From an uncultured Alphaproteobacteria bacterium (GTDB lineage: Bacteria > Pseudomonadota > Alphaproteobacteria > Rhizobiales > Beijerinckiaceae), in the NCBI GenBank assembly GCA_963775405.1, contig CAVZJI010000050.1, positions 8,748 to 72,747 on the forward strand: 64,000 nucleotides of DNA, in the 5' to 3' direction. Position 1 is the stretch's first letter, and each line of letters begins with the position of its first letter. The position numbers and the translations under genes are program-made. Positions 49,282-59,242 of the stretch are shown here, piece after piece. Under the pieces are notes generated by a model. It was not told the origin of the DNA, made no database searches, and saw only the letters and a list, made by a program, of their open reading frames with translations.

Positions 49282-50844
49282 TCAGTCGAGTGGCGCGTTG
49301 ATGTCGACGACCTCGCTGCGTTTGACGCCGATGGCGCTGGCGAGCAGCTTGAGCCGGTCGCTCACCACCTCACTATCGGGCGCGCGGGCGGCTGTCGTCA
49401 CCTCAAGCCGAACGCAGCTCGGATCGATGCGCAATCGCGCGTTTTCCAGTACAGCCGGCACGCCGCCGGAGAAACGATAGGCAAGCAGGATGGCTCGGCC
49501 CAGTATCTGCGCCCGTCGGCGTTCCGACGGCGTGAGCAGCTTGATAGCGGGACTGAGCCACGGCGCGTCCGGCCGGCCAACGTAGCGGGCGTGAATGGCG
49601 GCGGCGACGAACACGCGCTCCGGGTGGGTGACGCCGATAAAAGGAAATTCAAGCAGCCGACGAAAGCTCTCTTCCGCCCGGAGGTCGGCCGCGTCTCTCC
49701 AGGCGATGTCGGAGAGGGCGCAGACGGCGACGCGCAGCCTCTTCTCGCCTACGCTTTCGCCGGACAGGAGGTTTTCTGTCCACGCAACCAGTTCCGGCGC
49801 GAATTCGGGCACGCGCGCGAGCGGCAGGCCGATTAGCTGCGCGCCCTCGACCAGCGGATCGAGATATTGTTCCTCGCGGCTGAGCTGAGAATAGAGAAAG
49901 CCCTCGCGCAGGCCCAGAGCGGAGAAGACGACGCGTTCAGGCTTCAGGTATTTGAGCACGCGATCCAACGTCAGAGCCGCGGCCGGCAAAGTGCGCGCCC
50001 GGCGTTCCGACACACCCGGCGTCGCCGACAGTTTTACCACCGACAACCGCGAAATCGCGCGGGCGAATTCTCGCGCCTCGGCCGCACTGATCGTATAGCC
50101 GTGGACGACTTTGACCGGCGCGCCGATCGCTTCCATGTGCGCGTTCGCCAGCGCCCGCCAACCGCCGCCAACCGGATAGAACACCGACCTTGCCAGCGCC
50201 TGCGGAAGGCTCCGTTCAAGAATCTCGTCGATTTGCCGCTTCGCCGCTGACAAGCCCTCCAACATCATGGCTTCGACCGGCAGAGCGCCGAGCGGCAGAC
50301 TGACCCAGCGATCCCCCACATGATCGTCGATCGCTTCCGCAACTTCGAGGCTGCCGCCGCCCATGTCTCCAACCGTCCCGACTGGCCGGAAGAAGCCGGA
50401 AATGACCCCGAACGTCGCAAACCGCGCTTCCTCTGCCCCGCTGAGGACACGGACCTTCAAACCTGACTCGGCCTCGATCGCCGCCGCGAGCTTCGGCCCG
50501 TTCGAAGCGCGACGCATGGCCTCCGTCGCCACGGCGTCGATTTGGCTCACTCCCATGGCCTCGGCAATGGCGCGAAATCGCCGCACGGCTTCAATCGCTC
50601 GACGAAAATGGTCGGGCGCGATCTCCCCGCTCTGAGCCAAGCCTTCAGCCAGACGAGCAAGGGATTTTTCGTTGAAGCGGGGCATTGGCGCGCGGCCAAG
50701 CTGATCATAGACCAGGAGCCGGATCGAGTTCGAGCCGATATCAACGATCGCGTAGGGCGGCCGGTCGACCCGCTTGGCGCGTTCGGGGTCAAGCTGAAGC
50801 GGCCGCGACGCTTCTTCCGTCGTTTGAACGCGTCCGATCGCCAT
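49282..50844 (-). CDS. ppx: Ppx/GppA exopolyphosphatase
   Basis: DIGSNSIRL, EEAR, DMGGGSLE, GLREG. Confidence 0.92.
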   Translation of the reverse strand: MAIGRVQTTEEASRPLQLDPERAKRVDRPPYAIVDIGSNSIRLLVYDQLGRAPMPRFNEKSLARLAEGLAQSGEIAPDHFRRAIEAVRRFRAIAEAMGVSQIDAVATEAMRRASNGPKLAAAIEAESGLKVRVLSGAEEARFATFGVISGFFRPVGTVGDMGGGSLEVAEAIDDHVGDRWVSLPLGALPVEAMMLEGLSAAKRQIDEILERSLPQALARSVFYPVGGGWRALANAHMEAIGAPVKVVHGYTISAAEAREFARAISRLSVVKLSATPGVSERRARTLPAAALTLDRVLKYLKPERVVFSALGLREGFLYSQLSREEQYLDPLVEGAQLIGLPLARVPEFAPELVAWTENLLSGESVGEKRLRVAVCALSDIAWRDAADLRAEESFRRLLEFPFIGVTHPERVFVAAAIHARYVGRPDAPWLSPAIKLLTPSERRRAQILGRAILLAYRFSGGVPAVLENARLRIDPSCVRLEVTTAARAPDSEVVSDRLKLLASAIGVKRSEVVDINAPLD

Positions 50845-50919
50845 CGCGCTTTCTCCGCTTCGAGGTTTACCACAGGCGAACGACGACAGCCCGCTGGCGG
50901 TTCCCTCGTCCTCGTCCAC

Positions 50920-52029
50920 TCAGACGACGACCGGGGCGCCTGCACCGACCGAGCGCAGGGCCGCTTGGCAGAGATTGAGCGACAAAAGATTGCCGCGCGC
51001 CGAGTTCAACGGCTCCCGGCCGTCCTCGATCGCGCACAAGAGTTCGCCCATGGCACCGGCGAAGCCATCGTTGAACCAGGAACCTGTGAGTTGCGGCCGG
51101 GCCACGCCGGCTTCCGTGTAGAGCTCGACAGCCTGATGACCGAGGTCCGCGCCCTGGCTGGAAACGACGCCATTTGCGCCGATAACCGAAGTCGAATCGC
51201 GCGCGCCGTATCGGCTCGCGCCATCGAAAACAAGCGAGGCGTGGCCGCCGTCGAAGGTGACGAGCGCCTGAGCCAAAAGCGACGGCCGCGCGGTCTGCCC
51301 TACGGCTCGAGACGTCGTCGCATGAACGAAACGCGCGCGGTCGCCGATGATGCTGGCAAGGAAATCGAACCAATGGACGCCAAAATCCCAGAGGATGAGG
51401 TCATCCACCGCCTCGAACGAAGTCCCCGTGATCCAGCCGTGGTTCCACCGGATCTCGACGTGAACGCCAGTCACCGCGCCGATCAAGCCGGCACGGACCG
51501 TCTCCCGAATGTAGGCGAGATGCGGCGCCCAGCGGCCGTTCTGATTGACCGCGAGCTTGAGCCGACGCCTGTGCGCCAGCTCGACAAGCTCGCGGCCGTA
51601 ATCGAGGTTCTCAACGAATGGCTTCTGCGACAGGACGTGCTTGTCGGCGTTCAACGCGCGCCGCATCAGGACCAAGCGAACATCCGGATGGGCGGTGAGG
51701 TCGAGCACGCGCACATCCGGATCGCGCAACACCGAATCGAAATTGTCGGTGACGCGCGCGTTCGGAAAATGGGCGTCGCGGCGCGCGCGGGCGCGCTCAA
51801 GGTCACGCGAGCAGATGGCGACCACGTTGAGGCCATAGCGCGCATAAGCGTCGAGATGCGCGCCGCTGATGCCGCCTGCGCCAACAAGCGCAATTGGGGC
51901 GCTGCGGTCGCGCGGCATGGGCGGACGATAGGGAAGGTCCGGCGCCTCGATCTCGGCCGCAACCTTGGCGACCAAAGCATAGTCGTCAGTCGATGGTCCG
52001 TCAGCCTTCCCCGCTTCCGTCGCACTCAT
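50920..52029 (-). CDS. Gfo/Idh/MocA oxidoreductase
   Basis: GAGGI, HVLSQKPF, VNQNGRW, DFGVHWFD. Confidence 0.9.
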   Translation of the reverse strand: MSATEAGKADGPSTDDYALVAKVAAEIEAPDLPYRPPMPRDRSAPIALVGAGGISGAHLDAYARYGLNVVAICSRDLERARARRDAHFPNARVTDNFDSVLRDPDVRVLDLTAHPDVRLVLMRRALNADKHVLSQKPFVENLDYGRELVELAHRRRLKLAVNQNGRWAPHLAYIRETVRAGLIGAVTGVHVEIRWNHGWITGTSFEAVDDLILWDFGVHWFDFLASIIGDRARFVHATTSRAVGQTARPSLLAQALVTFDGGHASLVFDGASRYGARDSTSVIGANGVVSSQGADLGHQAVELYTEAGVARPQLTGSWFNDGFAGAMGELLCAIEDGREPLNSARGNLLSLNLCQAALRSVGAGAPVVV

Positions 52030-53102
52030 GGCAGCAGAGCCAGTGTGCGACGCTCGCGAGCAGAAAACGCGGCGGTGTCGACGATACGCTGAGCAGTGCG
52101 GCAAAGGACAGGATCCAGCGGCCCCTCGAATGGCAGATCGCGCTCCTTGCAATGGAGCACGTATTCGACAGGCTTGCGGAACGGCGCCTTCAATTCGTCG
52201 ACGGGAATTTGGCGGATGGTCGGCTGAGAGCGTGTCTGCACCCCGACATGCGCCTCATAGTCGTAACTGGAAATCGTGCCCTCAGAACCAACGACAACAA
52301 AACCGCACTTGGGCTGCGGCTGTGTGGTCCACGGATCGGTAAAGGTCCCCCAGCGCGTTTCCAGTTTCGACAGGCCCCGGTCATAGCGGCAAATGACAAT
52401 GGAATGCTCGTCGACTTCGAGGCCCTCAGGCTGGTCGACGACCGCGGTCACCTCGATCGGCGCCTCGCCGTGCATGAACCATGTCCCCAGCGTCGCGCCA
52501 TAGCCGAGATAGTCGAGCAGGCTGCCGCCGCCCGAGTTTTTGTTGTACCACCACGACGTCGGCTTCTCGCGCCGCACTTCCTCGTCGGACACTGTGACCT
52601 TGTCGGCGCGGTGATAGAGCGGGCCTCGGTTGCCGTCGTAAAAATGAACCTCGATCACGTCGCCTATAACGCCTTCGTCGATCAGCCGCTTGGTAGTCAC
52701 GTGGGACGGATACCAGCGCAAAGGCCAGTTGACGGCGAGCCGGCACCCCGACTTTTTGACGGCCGCAAGCATCCGGTCGGCGTCGGCAAGCGATGCGGCG
52801 AATGGCTTCTCAAGCAGGATGTCCACGCCGAGCGCGGCGACCTCCTCAACCACATCTGCGTGCCGCGCGGTCGCCGGACAGAGGATGGCGAGATCCGGAC
52901 GCGTCTCGCGTACGCATTGCGCGATGTCGCCATAAACGCGCTCATTGAGAATGGAGAAGTTGGCGATTGCCTCCGTCATCCGCGCCTTGTCGTTGTCCCA
53001 TACCCCGGCGATCTCGGCGTTCGGATGCTCATAAACCTCGCGCAACAGGTCGCCCATGTGCGCGTGTTCGAAACTTAAGCCGACGATCCTCCAGTTGCGC
53101 AT
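52026..53102 (-). CDS. Gfo/Idh/MocA oxidoreductase
   Basis: LEKPFA, VNWPL, GGGSLLDY. Confidence 0.88.
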   Translation of the reverse strand: MRNWRIVGLSFEHAHMGDLLREVYEHPNAEIAGVWDNDKARMTEAIANFSILNERVYGDIAQCVRETRPDLAILCPATARHADVVEEVAALGVDILLEKPFAASLADADRMLAAVKKSGCRLAVNWPLRWYPSHVTTKRLIDEGVIGDVIEVHFYDGNRGPLYHRADKVTVSDEEVRREKPTSWWYNKNSGGGSLLDYLGYGATLGTWFMHGEAPIEVTAVVDQPEGLEVDEHSIVICRYDRGLSKLETRWGTFTDPWTTQPQPKCGFVVVGSEGTISSYDYEAHVGVQTRSQPTIRQIPVDELKAPFRKPVEYVLHCKERDLPFEGPLDPVLCRTAQRIVDTAAFSARERRTLALLP

Positions 53103-53103
53103 C

Positions 53104-54018
53104 TCAAGTCCTCCCGTCGCCCGGCACGGTTGCATTCGACGCATCGCGGCCACACGCGGCTGCTTCGCTGCGCCGCTGCTCGACGCGCAGCACCAGCGCC
53201 AGCGCCACCGCGAGCGTCGCCGAAAGCGATTTGAATCCCGAGAAGCTCTCCTCGATCACCTCGACATACGCTTTCGAAACCGGGACCAACGGGCTGAAGG
53301 CGCTGTCGGTGAGCGAGACGATCGGAACGCCACGCTGGGCCGCAGAAGCAGCCAATTCCGGGGTGATGGAATTGTAAGGCGTGAAGCTGATCGCGAGGAC
53401 CGCGTCGGAGGTCGCCGCACAGCGCAGAAGCTCGAAGGCGGTCGAGCCGACATTGTCGAGCGCAAGGTTGCGCACGCCGAGATTGGCGAGCGCGAGCGAG
53501 GCGTAGCTGACCAGCGAGAAGGCGCGCTTGGAGCCGATTATGTAGATAAGGTCCGCGGTTGCCAGCGTTTCACTCATAATTTCGAATTGGGCGAGGTCGA
53601 GCCGATCGCGTACCCCGGCGAGCGCCGCCGTCGACGCGCCGATGAACCCATCGACCAGGCGCGCCGCCTCACTGCTCGCGGCGGTTTCCCAACGGTCGCG
53701 GCTCCGACCGCCGTCCGCCAGATGAGCTTTGAACACGTCTTGCAGATCGGAAAAGCCTGAATAGCCAAAAGCTTGCGCGAACCGCACCAGGGTCGAGGGT
53801 TGCACCCCGGCTTCGCCTGCGACGCTGGTCACCGTGCCCAACGCCACCGCGGTCGGATGCTGCCAGAGATGGATCGCGACCTGGCGCAGCCTCTTGGGAA
53901 GCCGCGCGGTCCCGGAGGACAGTACGGCGCGCAGCTCCTCGTAGCTGCCTGGCCGCGAGTAGCCGAGCACCGCGCCGACGCCGGCGTCAGCCCGCTCAAT
54001 GGCCCGGCGGCTACTCAT
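53104..54018 (-). CDS. MurR/RpiR-family regulator
   Basis: VQPSTLVRFAQAFGYSGFSDLQ HTH plus SIS domain (ISFTPY, LTDS..SPL). Confidence 0.92.
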   Translation of the reverse strand: MSSRRAIERADAGVGAVLGYSRPGSYEELRAVLSSGTARLPKRLRQVAIHLWQHPTAVALGTVTSVAGEAGVQPSTLVRFAQAFGYSGFSDLQDVFKAHLADGGRSRDRWETAASSEAARLVDGFIGASTAALAGVRDRLDLAQFEIMSETLATADLIYIIGSKRAFSLVSYASLALANLGVRNLALDNVGSTAFELLRCAATSDAVLAISFTPYNSITPELAASAAQRGVPIVSLTDSAFSPLVPVSKAYVEVIEESFSGFKSLSATLAVALALVLRVEQRRSEAAACGRDASNATVPGDGRT

Positions 54019-55480
54019 TATTGAGTTGTTCCCTGAGGTAACCCCGGGCGTCGCCGCCGAGCAGGCCGCGCAAGTGGTCCCACGGGCTCAGCGAACTGCG
54101 GGCGCGCCATGTCCGGGCCGAATATGGGCGCAATCGCGAGAACGGACTTGGCCAGTTGGGGCCAGTCGGCGTTCTTTTCGCCAATCGCGATGACGCTCTC
54201 CGCGTAAGGGTCTGACGGCGTCCAGCGCGCGCCGAAGCGACGCGCTCCGCTTAAGCCGTAGGCGATCCAACTGGCGACCGCGAGCGTAAGCAAGGCCGGC
54301 GGCTGGCCTACAGCGAGACGCTCGCGCAACGGATCAACGAGACGCTGGACAATCTTCTGCGATCCGTCCGTGCCGATCTGATGGCATCGATGACGGATGG
54401 CGGTGTTGCGGATGCGCGCCATCGACTGATCAATATACGGAGCGACCTCCATTCCCGCGATCTTCGGCAGCGTGGTCGAGGTTTCCCGTTGGAGCATCTT
54501 GCGCGTCAGCGCGGCAAGCACCGGATCGGCGGCGGCCTGATAGGTGAACTCATGGCCGACGAGCGCGCCTTGATGCGCGAGCGTCGATTGCGCGGCGTTG
54601 AGCACACGCATCTTGATCTGCTCATAAGGCTTCGCATCGGCGACGAACGTAGCCCCGGCGAGATCCAGAGGCGGTCGCTCGCCCGCAAACTTGTCCTCAA
54701 TGACCCATTGACGGAATGGCTCGCCGACGACCGCACCAAGGTCGCGCGCGCCGAGCGCCTCGGAGACTTTGTCAACGTCTTCCGTCGCCGTCGCCGGCAC
54801 GATCCGATCGACCATCGTTGATGGAAATGTAACGCAGTTCTCGATCCAGCGCGTCAGTTCCACCGATCCCAAAGCCGCGAACTTGAGCATCGCAGCGCCA
54901 AGCCGCGTGCCATTTGACGGAAGATTGTCGCAACTGATCAGAGTCAGCGGCCCTCCTCCGGTCTGCCGCCGCCGATCCAGCGCAAGCGCGAGCAAGCCAA
55001 GGAGGGTACGGGGTGGAGAGCCGCCTTCGAGGTCCACGCGCAACGCCGGATTGTCGAGCTCGAGCTCCCCGGTCGACGGCGTCCGGCAATGGCCTTTTTC
55101 GGTCACGGTCATCGTCGCGACGGAAATCTCCGGGCCGCCGAGCGCGGCGACAACGGCGTCGGCGCTCGTCTTGTCGGCGACGTCGATCACCTGGCACAGC
55201 GCCCCGGCGCGGTCGTCCCGCCTCAGCGTGCGGGAATAAAAACAGTTCTGCGGGTCCAGAAGATCGGCGAGACTTGGGGCCGTGAGGTTCACGCCAAGCA
55301 CGCCCCATCTTCCAAAGCGGGCCTCGAGCATGTCGTCAATGAATTCTTGCTGGTGACAGCGATGAAACGCCCCCAACGCCAATATGCGCCATACCGATCT
55401 TCAGGCTCTCGCGATCAGTAATGCGGTTGGCGCACCGATGGCGGCAGGTCCCGCAAAACGCTGCGAGACAGGCGTCGTAT
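54011..55480 (-). pseudogene. Mannitol dehydrogenase/mannonate oxidoreductase family, multiply frameshifted
   Basis: HIGVG|AFHRCHQ split by a frameshift, TVTEKG, SCDN, MVDRIVP, EPFRQWVIED, KMRVLN; further shifts at both termini. Confidence 0.75.
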
Positions 55481-55490
55481 CGCCTTGGCC

Positions 55491-56261
55491 TCAGTCCAAG
55501 GCGCCAAAGACGTTCTGCGTATAATCGATCAGCGCGCCGGACATCGGCTCCGAGGCGTCCGAGAGAAGAAACAGAGAGAGCCGCGCGACGTCGTCCGGGT
55601 TCAGCAAGCGTCCGAATGGCATGCTTACAGCGGCCTGCGCCAGCCAACCCTCGCCTTTGCCAAGCGTGACGGCTTGCATCTGTCGCTCGGCCGGCGTATC
55701 AACCCAGCCCAGGATGACGCCATTGACGCGAATGCGGTCGAAACGATGTGCGTGCGCGGTGTTCTTGGTCAGCCCGGCCAACGCCGACTTGGACGACGCG
55801 TAGACGGCAAGCTCCGGAGCTCCGCCCCGAGCGTGCACGGAGAGGATGTTGACGATCGAACCCGGCGTCTTGCGCTCGCGTAGGTGATTGACCAGCTTTT
55901 GCATGAGAAAGAACGGCGCTCGCGCATTGACCGCGAAGAGCCGGTCCCAGAATTTCACGTCCGCTTCAGCAAGCGATCCCCGGTCCGTGAGGGCGGCGGA
56001 ATTGACCAGGGCGTCGACGTGACCGAAGCGCTTCAGCGCAGCGTCGAAGATCAAATCTGGCGCGCTGGCGTGTTCGAGATTCGCCGCCACGAACAAGGCA
56101 GGCGCCCCGCTTCGCTCGACCTCCGCCGCCGCGGCCGCGCCTTTGGCCGGGTCTCTGCCCGTTAACACGAGACCCTCAGCGCCGGCGCGCGCGGTCGCCT
56201 GGGCGATGGCCAAGCCGACGCCCTGGGTTGACCCGGTGACCACGACCACCCGCCGGTTCAT
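55491..56261 (-). CDS. SDR oxidoreductase
   Basis: TGSTQGVG, NSAA, YASSK. Confidence 0.9.
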   Translation of the reverse strand: MNRRVVVVTGSTQGVGLAIAQATARAGAEGLVLTGRDPAKGAAAAAEVERSGAPALFVAANLEHASAPDLIFDAALKRFGHVDALVNSAALTDRGSLAEADVKFWDRLFAVNARAPFFLMQKLVNHLRERKTPGSIVNILSVHARGGAPELAVYASSKSALAGLTKNTAHAHRFDRIRVNGVILGWVDTPAERQMQAVTLGKGEGWLAQAAVSMPFGRLLNPDDVARLSLFLLSDASEPMSGALIDYTQNVFGALD

Positions 56262-56463
56262 GCGCCGCCTCCGCGGCGGGTTCTCTGTTCGCGCAATATT
56301 GGATCAGAAATTCTGTTTGTCAAGTTCGAGAAATTATCTAGCGAGCCTCAGAGGTATTGGCCGTCAATTTGCGTTTGACAAACGGAAGGTTTTTGCCAGT
56401 ATTGATGGTGCGGTATAATATTTCTACGGGAAGGTGGCGGAAGCTGCCGAGGGAGAGAACGCG

Positions 56464-57522
56464 ATGCGGACCATCAAGGGCCCGGGCCTGTTTCTGGCTC
56501 AGTTCGCAACCGATACGCCGCCGCATAACTCACTGCCTTCAATCGCGCGCTGGGCCAAGGACTACGGATACAAGGCGATCCAGATCCCCGCGTGGGACAA
56601 GCGCCTCTTCGATATCGACAAGGCCTACGGCAGCGAGACCTATTGCGACGAGATCAAGGGGATGCTGGCCGACATCGGCATCGCAATCAGCGAATTGGCC
56701 ACCCATTCGCTTGGCGACCTGGTTTCGTCACATCCTGCCTACGACTTAATGCTCGATGGACAAGTTCCCGCCGAGATGCGCGGCCATCCGGAGAAGCGCC
56801 GTCATTGGGCGGCTGATCAGATCCGCAAGGTCGCCAAAGTCTCGCGCCGGCTGGAACTGACAGAGCACGTCACCTTTTCCGGTTCGCTCGCCTGGCCCTA
56901 TTTCTATCCGTACCCGCAAAGGCCCAGAGGCCTCATCGAGGATTGCTTCGCCGAACAAGCCCGCCGGTGGAAGCCGATTCTCGACCTCTATGACGAGAAC
57001 GGGGTCGACCTCTGCTTTGAGATCCATCCCTTCGAAGACATCTTCGACGGCGAGACGTTCGATATGTTCCTCGACGCAGTCGGCGGCCACACGCGTTGCA
57101 ACATCAATTACGACGCCAGCCACTTCATCAAGCAGTGCATGGACTATCTCGGTTTCATCGACGTCTATCACGACCGTATCAAAATGTTCCACGTCAAGGA
57201 CGCCGAGTTCAACCCAACTGCGAAGCAGGGCGTCTACGGCGGCTACAAAGGCTGGCTCGAGCGCGCCGGGCGCGACCGCTCGCTCGGAGACGGCCAGGTC
57301 AATTTCAAAGCCATCTTCTCCAAGCTCGCGGCTTATGATTTCGCCGGCTGGGCGATCTACGAATGGGAAGACCCGCTGCAGCACCCTGAAGCCGCCGCGC
57401 GCAAGGGCGCACAATTTATCGCCGACCACATAATCGAAGTCACCGACCGCGATTTCGGCGACTATCTCGCGACAGGCGTTGATCGCGCGACCAACCTCAA
57501 GCTGCTTGGCGTCAAAGGTTGA
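56464..57522 (+). CDS. Sugar phosphate isomerase/epimerase (xylose isomerase-like TIM barrel)
   Basis: KGPGLFLAQF, FEIHP.ED, YDASH, FHVKDAEF, EWE. Confidence 0.9.
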   Translation: MRTIKGPGLFLAQFATDTPPHNSLPSIARWAKDYGYKAIQIPAWDKRLFDIDKAYGSETYCDEIKGMLADIGIAISELATHSLGDLVSSHPAYDLMLDGQVPAEMRGHPEKRRHWAADQIRKVAKVSRRLELTEHVTFSGSLAWPYFYPYPQRPRGLIEDCFAEQARRWKPILDLYDENGVDLCFEIHPFEDIFDGETFDMFLDAVGGHTRCNINYDASHFIKQCMDYLGFIDVYHDRIKMFHVKDAEFNPTAKQGVYGGYKGWLERAGRDRSLGDGQVNFKAIFSKLAAYDFAGWAIYEWEDPLQHPEAAARKGAQFIADHIIEVTDRDFGDYLATGVDRATNLKLLGVKG

Positions 57523-57526
57523 AGAG

Positions 57527-58099
57527 ATGGTCCACGCGACCGCCGTCGAAAGGCTGAGGGGCGAACGCCTGCGCGTTGGCATGATCGGCGGCGGTCGCAA
57601 CGCGTTCGTCGGCGTGGTTCATCGCATGGCCATGCGGCTCGACGATCTGATCGAGCTCAGACCCGGCGCGTTGCCCTCGGACGGTATGCTCGCGGCGAGC
57701 CAGGTCGCGGTCGGCAATCTCAACAGTTTGAGTCTCAACGTCTACGGTTCGCGCGCCGGGGTCGAATGGGCGGGCGAGGAGCCGGAGACGCTCCGCTTCG
57801 CGCCCTATGGCGAGCCCTCTCGGATCCTGCGGCGCGGCGGTCCGGGAAATACGCCGCTTGCGGTTGAGGGCTCTCGCATGCCGGGCGGGGCCATCCCGAA
57901 GGGTTACGTCGAAGGCTTCGCCAACCTATACCGAGGAGCGGCGGAAGTGATTTCGGCGCGCCGCGCCGGGCGGACGCCCGAAAAGAGCGCAAAGTTAACC
58001 CCGAACGTGCTGGACGGCGCGCGGGGCGTGGCGTTTATAGAAGCCGCTGTGAAGTCCAGCGAGAACAATGGAGTGTGGACGTCCATAAGCTTCGATTGA
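57527..58099 (+). pseudogene. Gfo/Idh/MocA oxidoreductase with large in-frame internal deletion
   Basis: GMIGGG..AFVG..HRMA joined directly to C-terminal ASQVAVGN...EGFANLY; 190 aa; no EKP motif. Confidence 0.8.
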
Positions 58100-58154
58100 G
58101 CGGATGTCGTGAATGGGCTATACCGCCTTACTAATGTTTATTGGGAGGAAGCAA

Positions 58155-59174
58155 ATGAAACTGGCTGGAATTCTCGGCAGCGCATCGCTCGCCGCGTTGA
58201 CGATAACGATGACGGGCGGCGCGCACGCCGCCGATAAATATGTCGTCGGCGTCTCCAATACGCTGATCGGCAACGGCTGGCGCGAAGAGATGATCTGCTC
58301 GATCAAGGCAGAGGCCGAAGCCTCAGGCAAGGTCTCGAAGGTGATTGTCGCCAACCGCAATGGCGGTCCCTCGGAGCAGATCGCCGACATCCGCAACCTT
58401 ATTTCGGCCGGCGCGAACATCATCATCATCAACCCTTCCGATCGCGAAGCGCTGAACCCCGTCATCAAGCAGGCGGCGGACAAGGGCATCGTCGTGGTCG
58501 CGGTCGACCAGGCGGTTTCCGCCCCTGAGGCCTATGTTCTAACCAACGATCAGGTCGAATACGCCAAGCTCGGGGCCAAATGGCTGTTCGACAAACTGGG
58601 CGGCAAGGGCTCGGTCGTGGAGATGCGCGGCATCGACGGGGTTCCCGCTGACGCCGATCGTCACCAGGGCTTCACCGAGACCGCCAAGAACTACCCCGAC
58701 ATCAAGGTGACGTCGGTGTTCACCGGTTGGGCGCTCGATAAGACCGCGCAAACCACCAAGGATCTTCTTGCTTCGGGCAAGCCGATCGACGGCGTCTGGA
58801 CATCGGGCATCGATTCGACCGTCGTGGATGCCTATAAGACCGCTGGGAAGCCATTCGTGCCAGTGGTCGGCGCGGACAACAACGGCTTCATCGGCCAACT
58901 CATCGATTTGAAAAGCAAGGGTCTAGCTGGAGCCGCGGTCAGCAACCCGCCCGCCGTCGGCGCTGCTGGACTGAGCCTCGCGCTCGACGTTCTGGCGAAG
59001 AAGGAGCACCCCCACCTTATCAAGATCACTCCGTCGGTTTGGGACACCGACAACGGCGTCGATCAGCTCAAGGCCGCGTATAATCCGAAGCTTGATCCGA
59101 TGTTCAGCGTCGCCTCGGTGCCGCCGTATACACATTACACGCCGGAGCAGCTGATCTCTTGCAAAGGCCCCTGA
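58155..59174 (+). CDS. Sugar ABC transporter substrate-binding protein
   Basis: Signal peptide, GNGWREEM, QIADIRNLI, GADNN. Confidence 0.92.
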   Translation: MKLAGILGSASLAALTITMTGGAHAADKYVVGVSNTLIGNGWREEMICSIKAEAEASGKVSKVIVANRNGGPSEQIADIRNLISAGANIIIINPSDREALNPVIKQAADKGIVVVAVDQAVSAPEAYVLTNDQVEYAKLGAKWLFDKLGGKGSVVEMRGIDGVPADADRHQGFTETAKNYPDIKVTSVFTGWALDKTAQTTKDLLASGKPIDGVWTSGIDSTVVDAYKTAGKPFVPVVGADNNGFIGQLIDLKSKGLAGAAVSNPPAVGAAGLSLALDVLAKKEHPHLIKITPSVWDTDNGVDQLKAAYNPKLDPMFSVASVPPYTHYTPEQLISCKGP

Positions 59175-59197
59175 TCTCGGCTGAATAGCCGATTGGT

Positions 59198-59229
59198 ACG
59201 CCGGCGGCGCGAGCCGCCGGCGTTTTTTT
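59198..59229 (+). terminator. Intrinsic terminator-like hairpin after the binding-protein gene
   Basis: ACGCCGGCGGC-GCGA-GCCGCCGGCGT followed by a T tract. Confidence 0.8.
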
Positions 59230-59242
59230 CGGACGGAGAACC

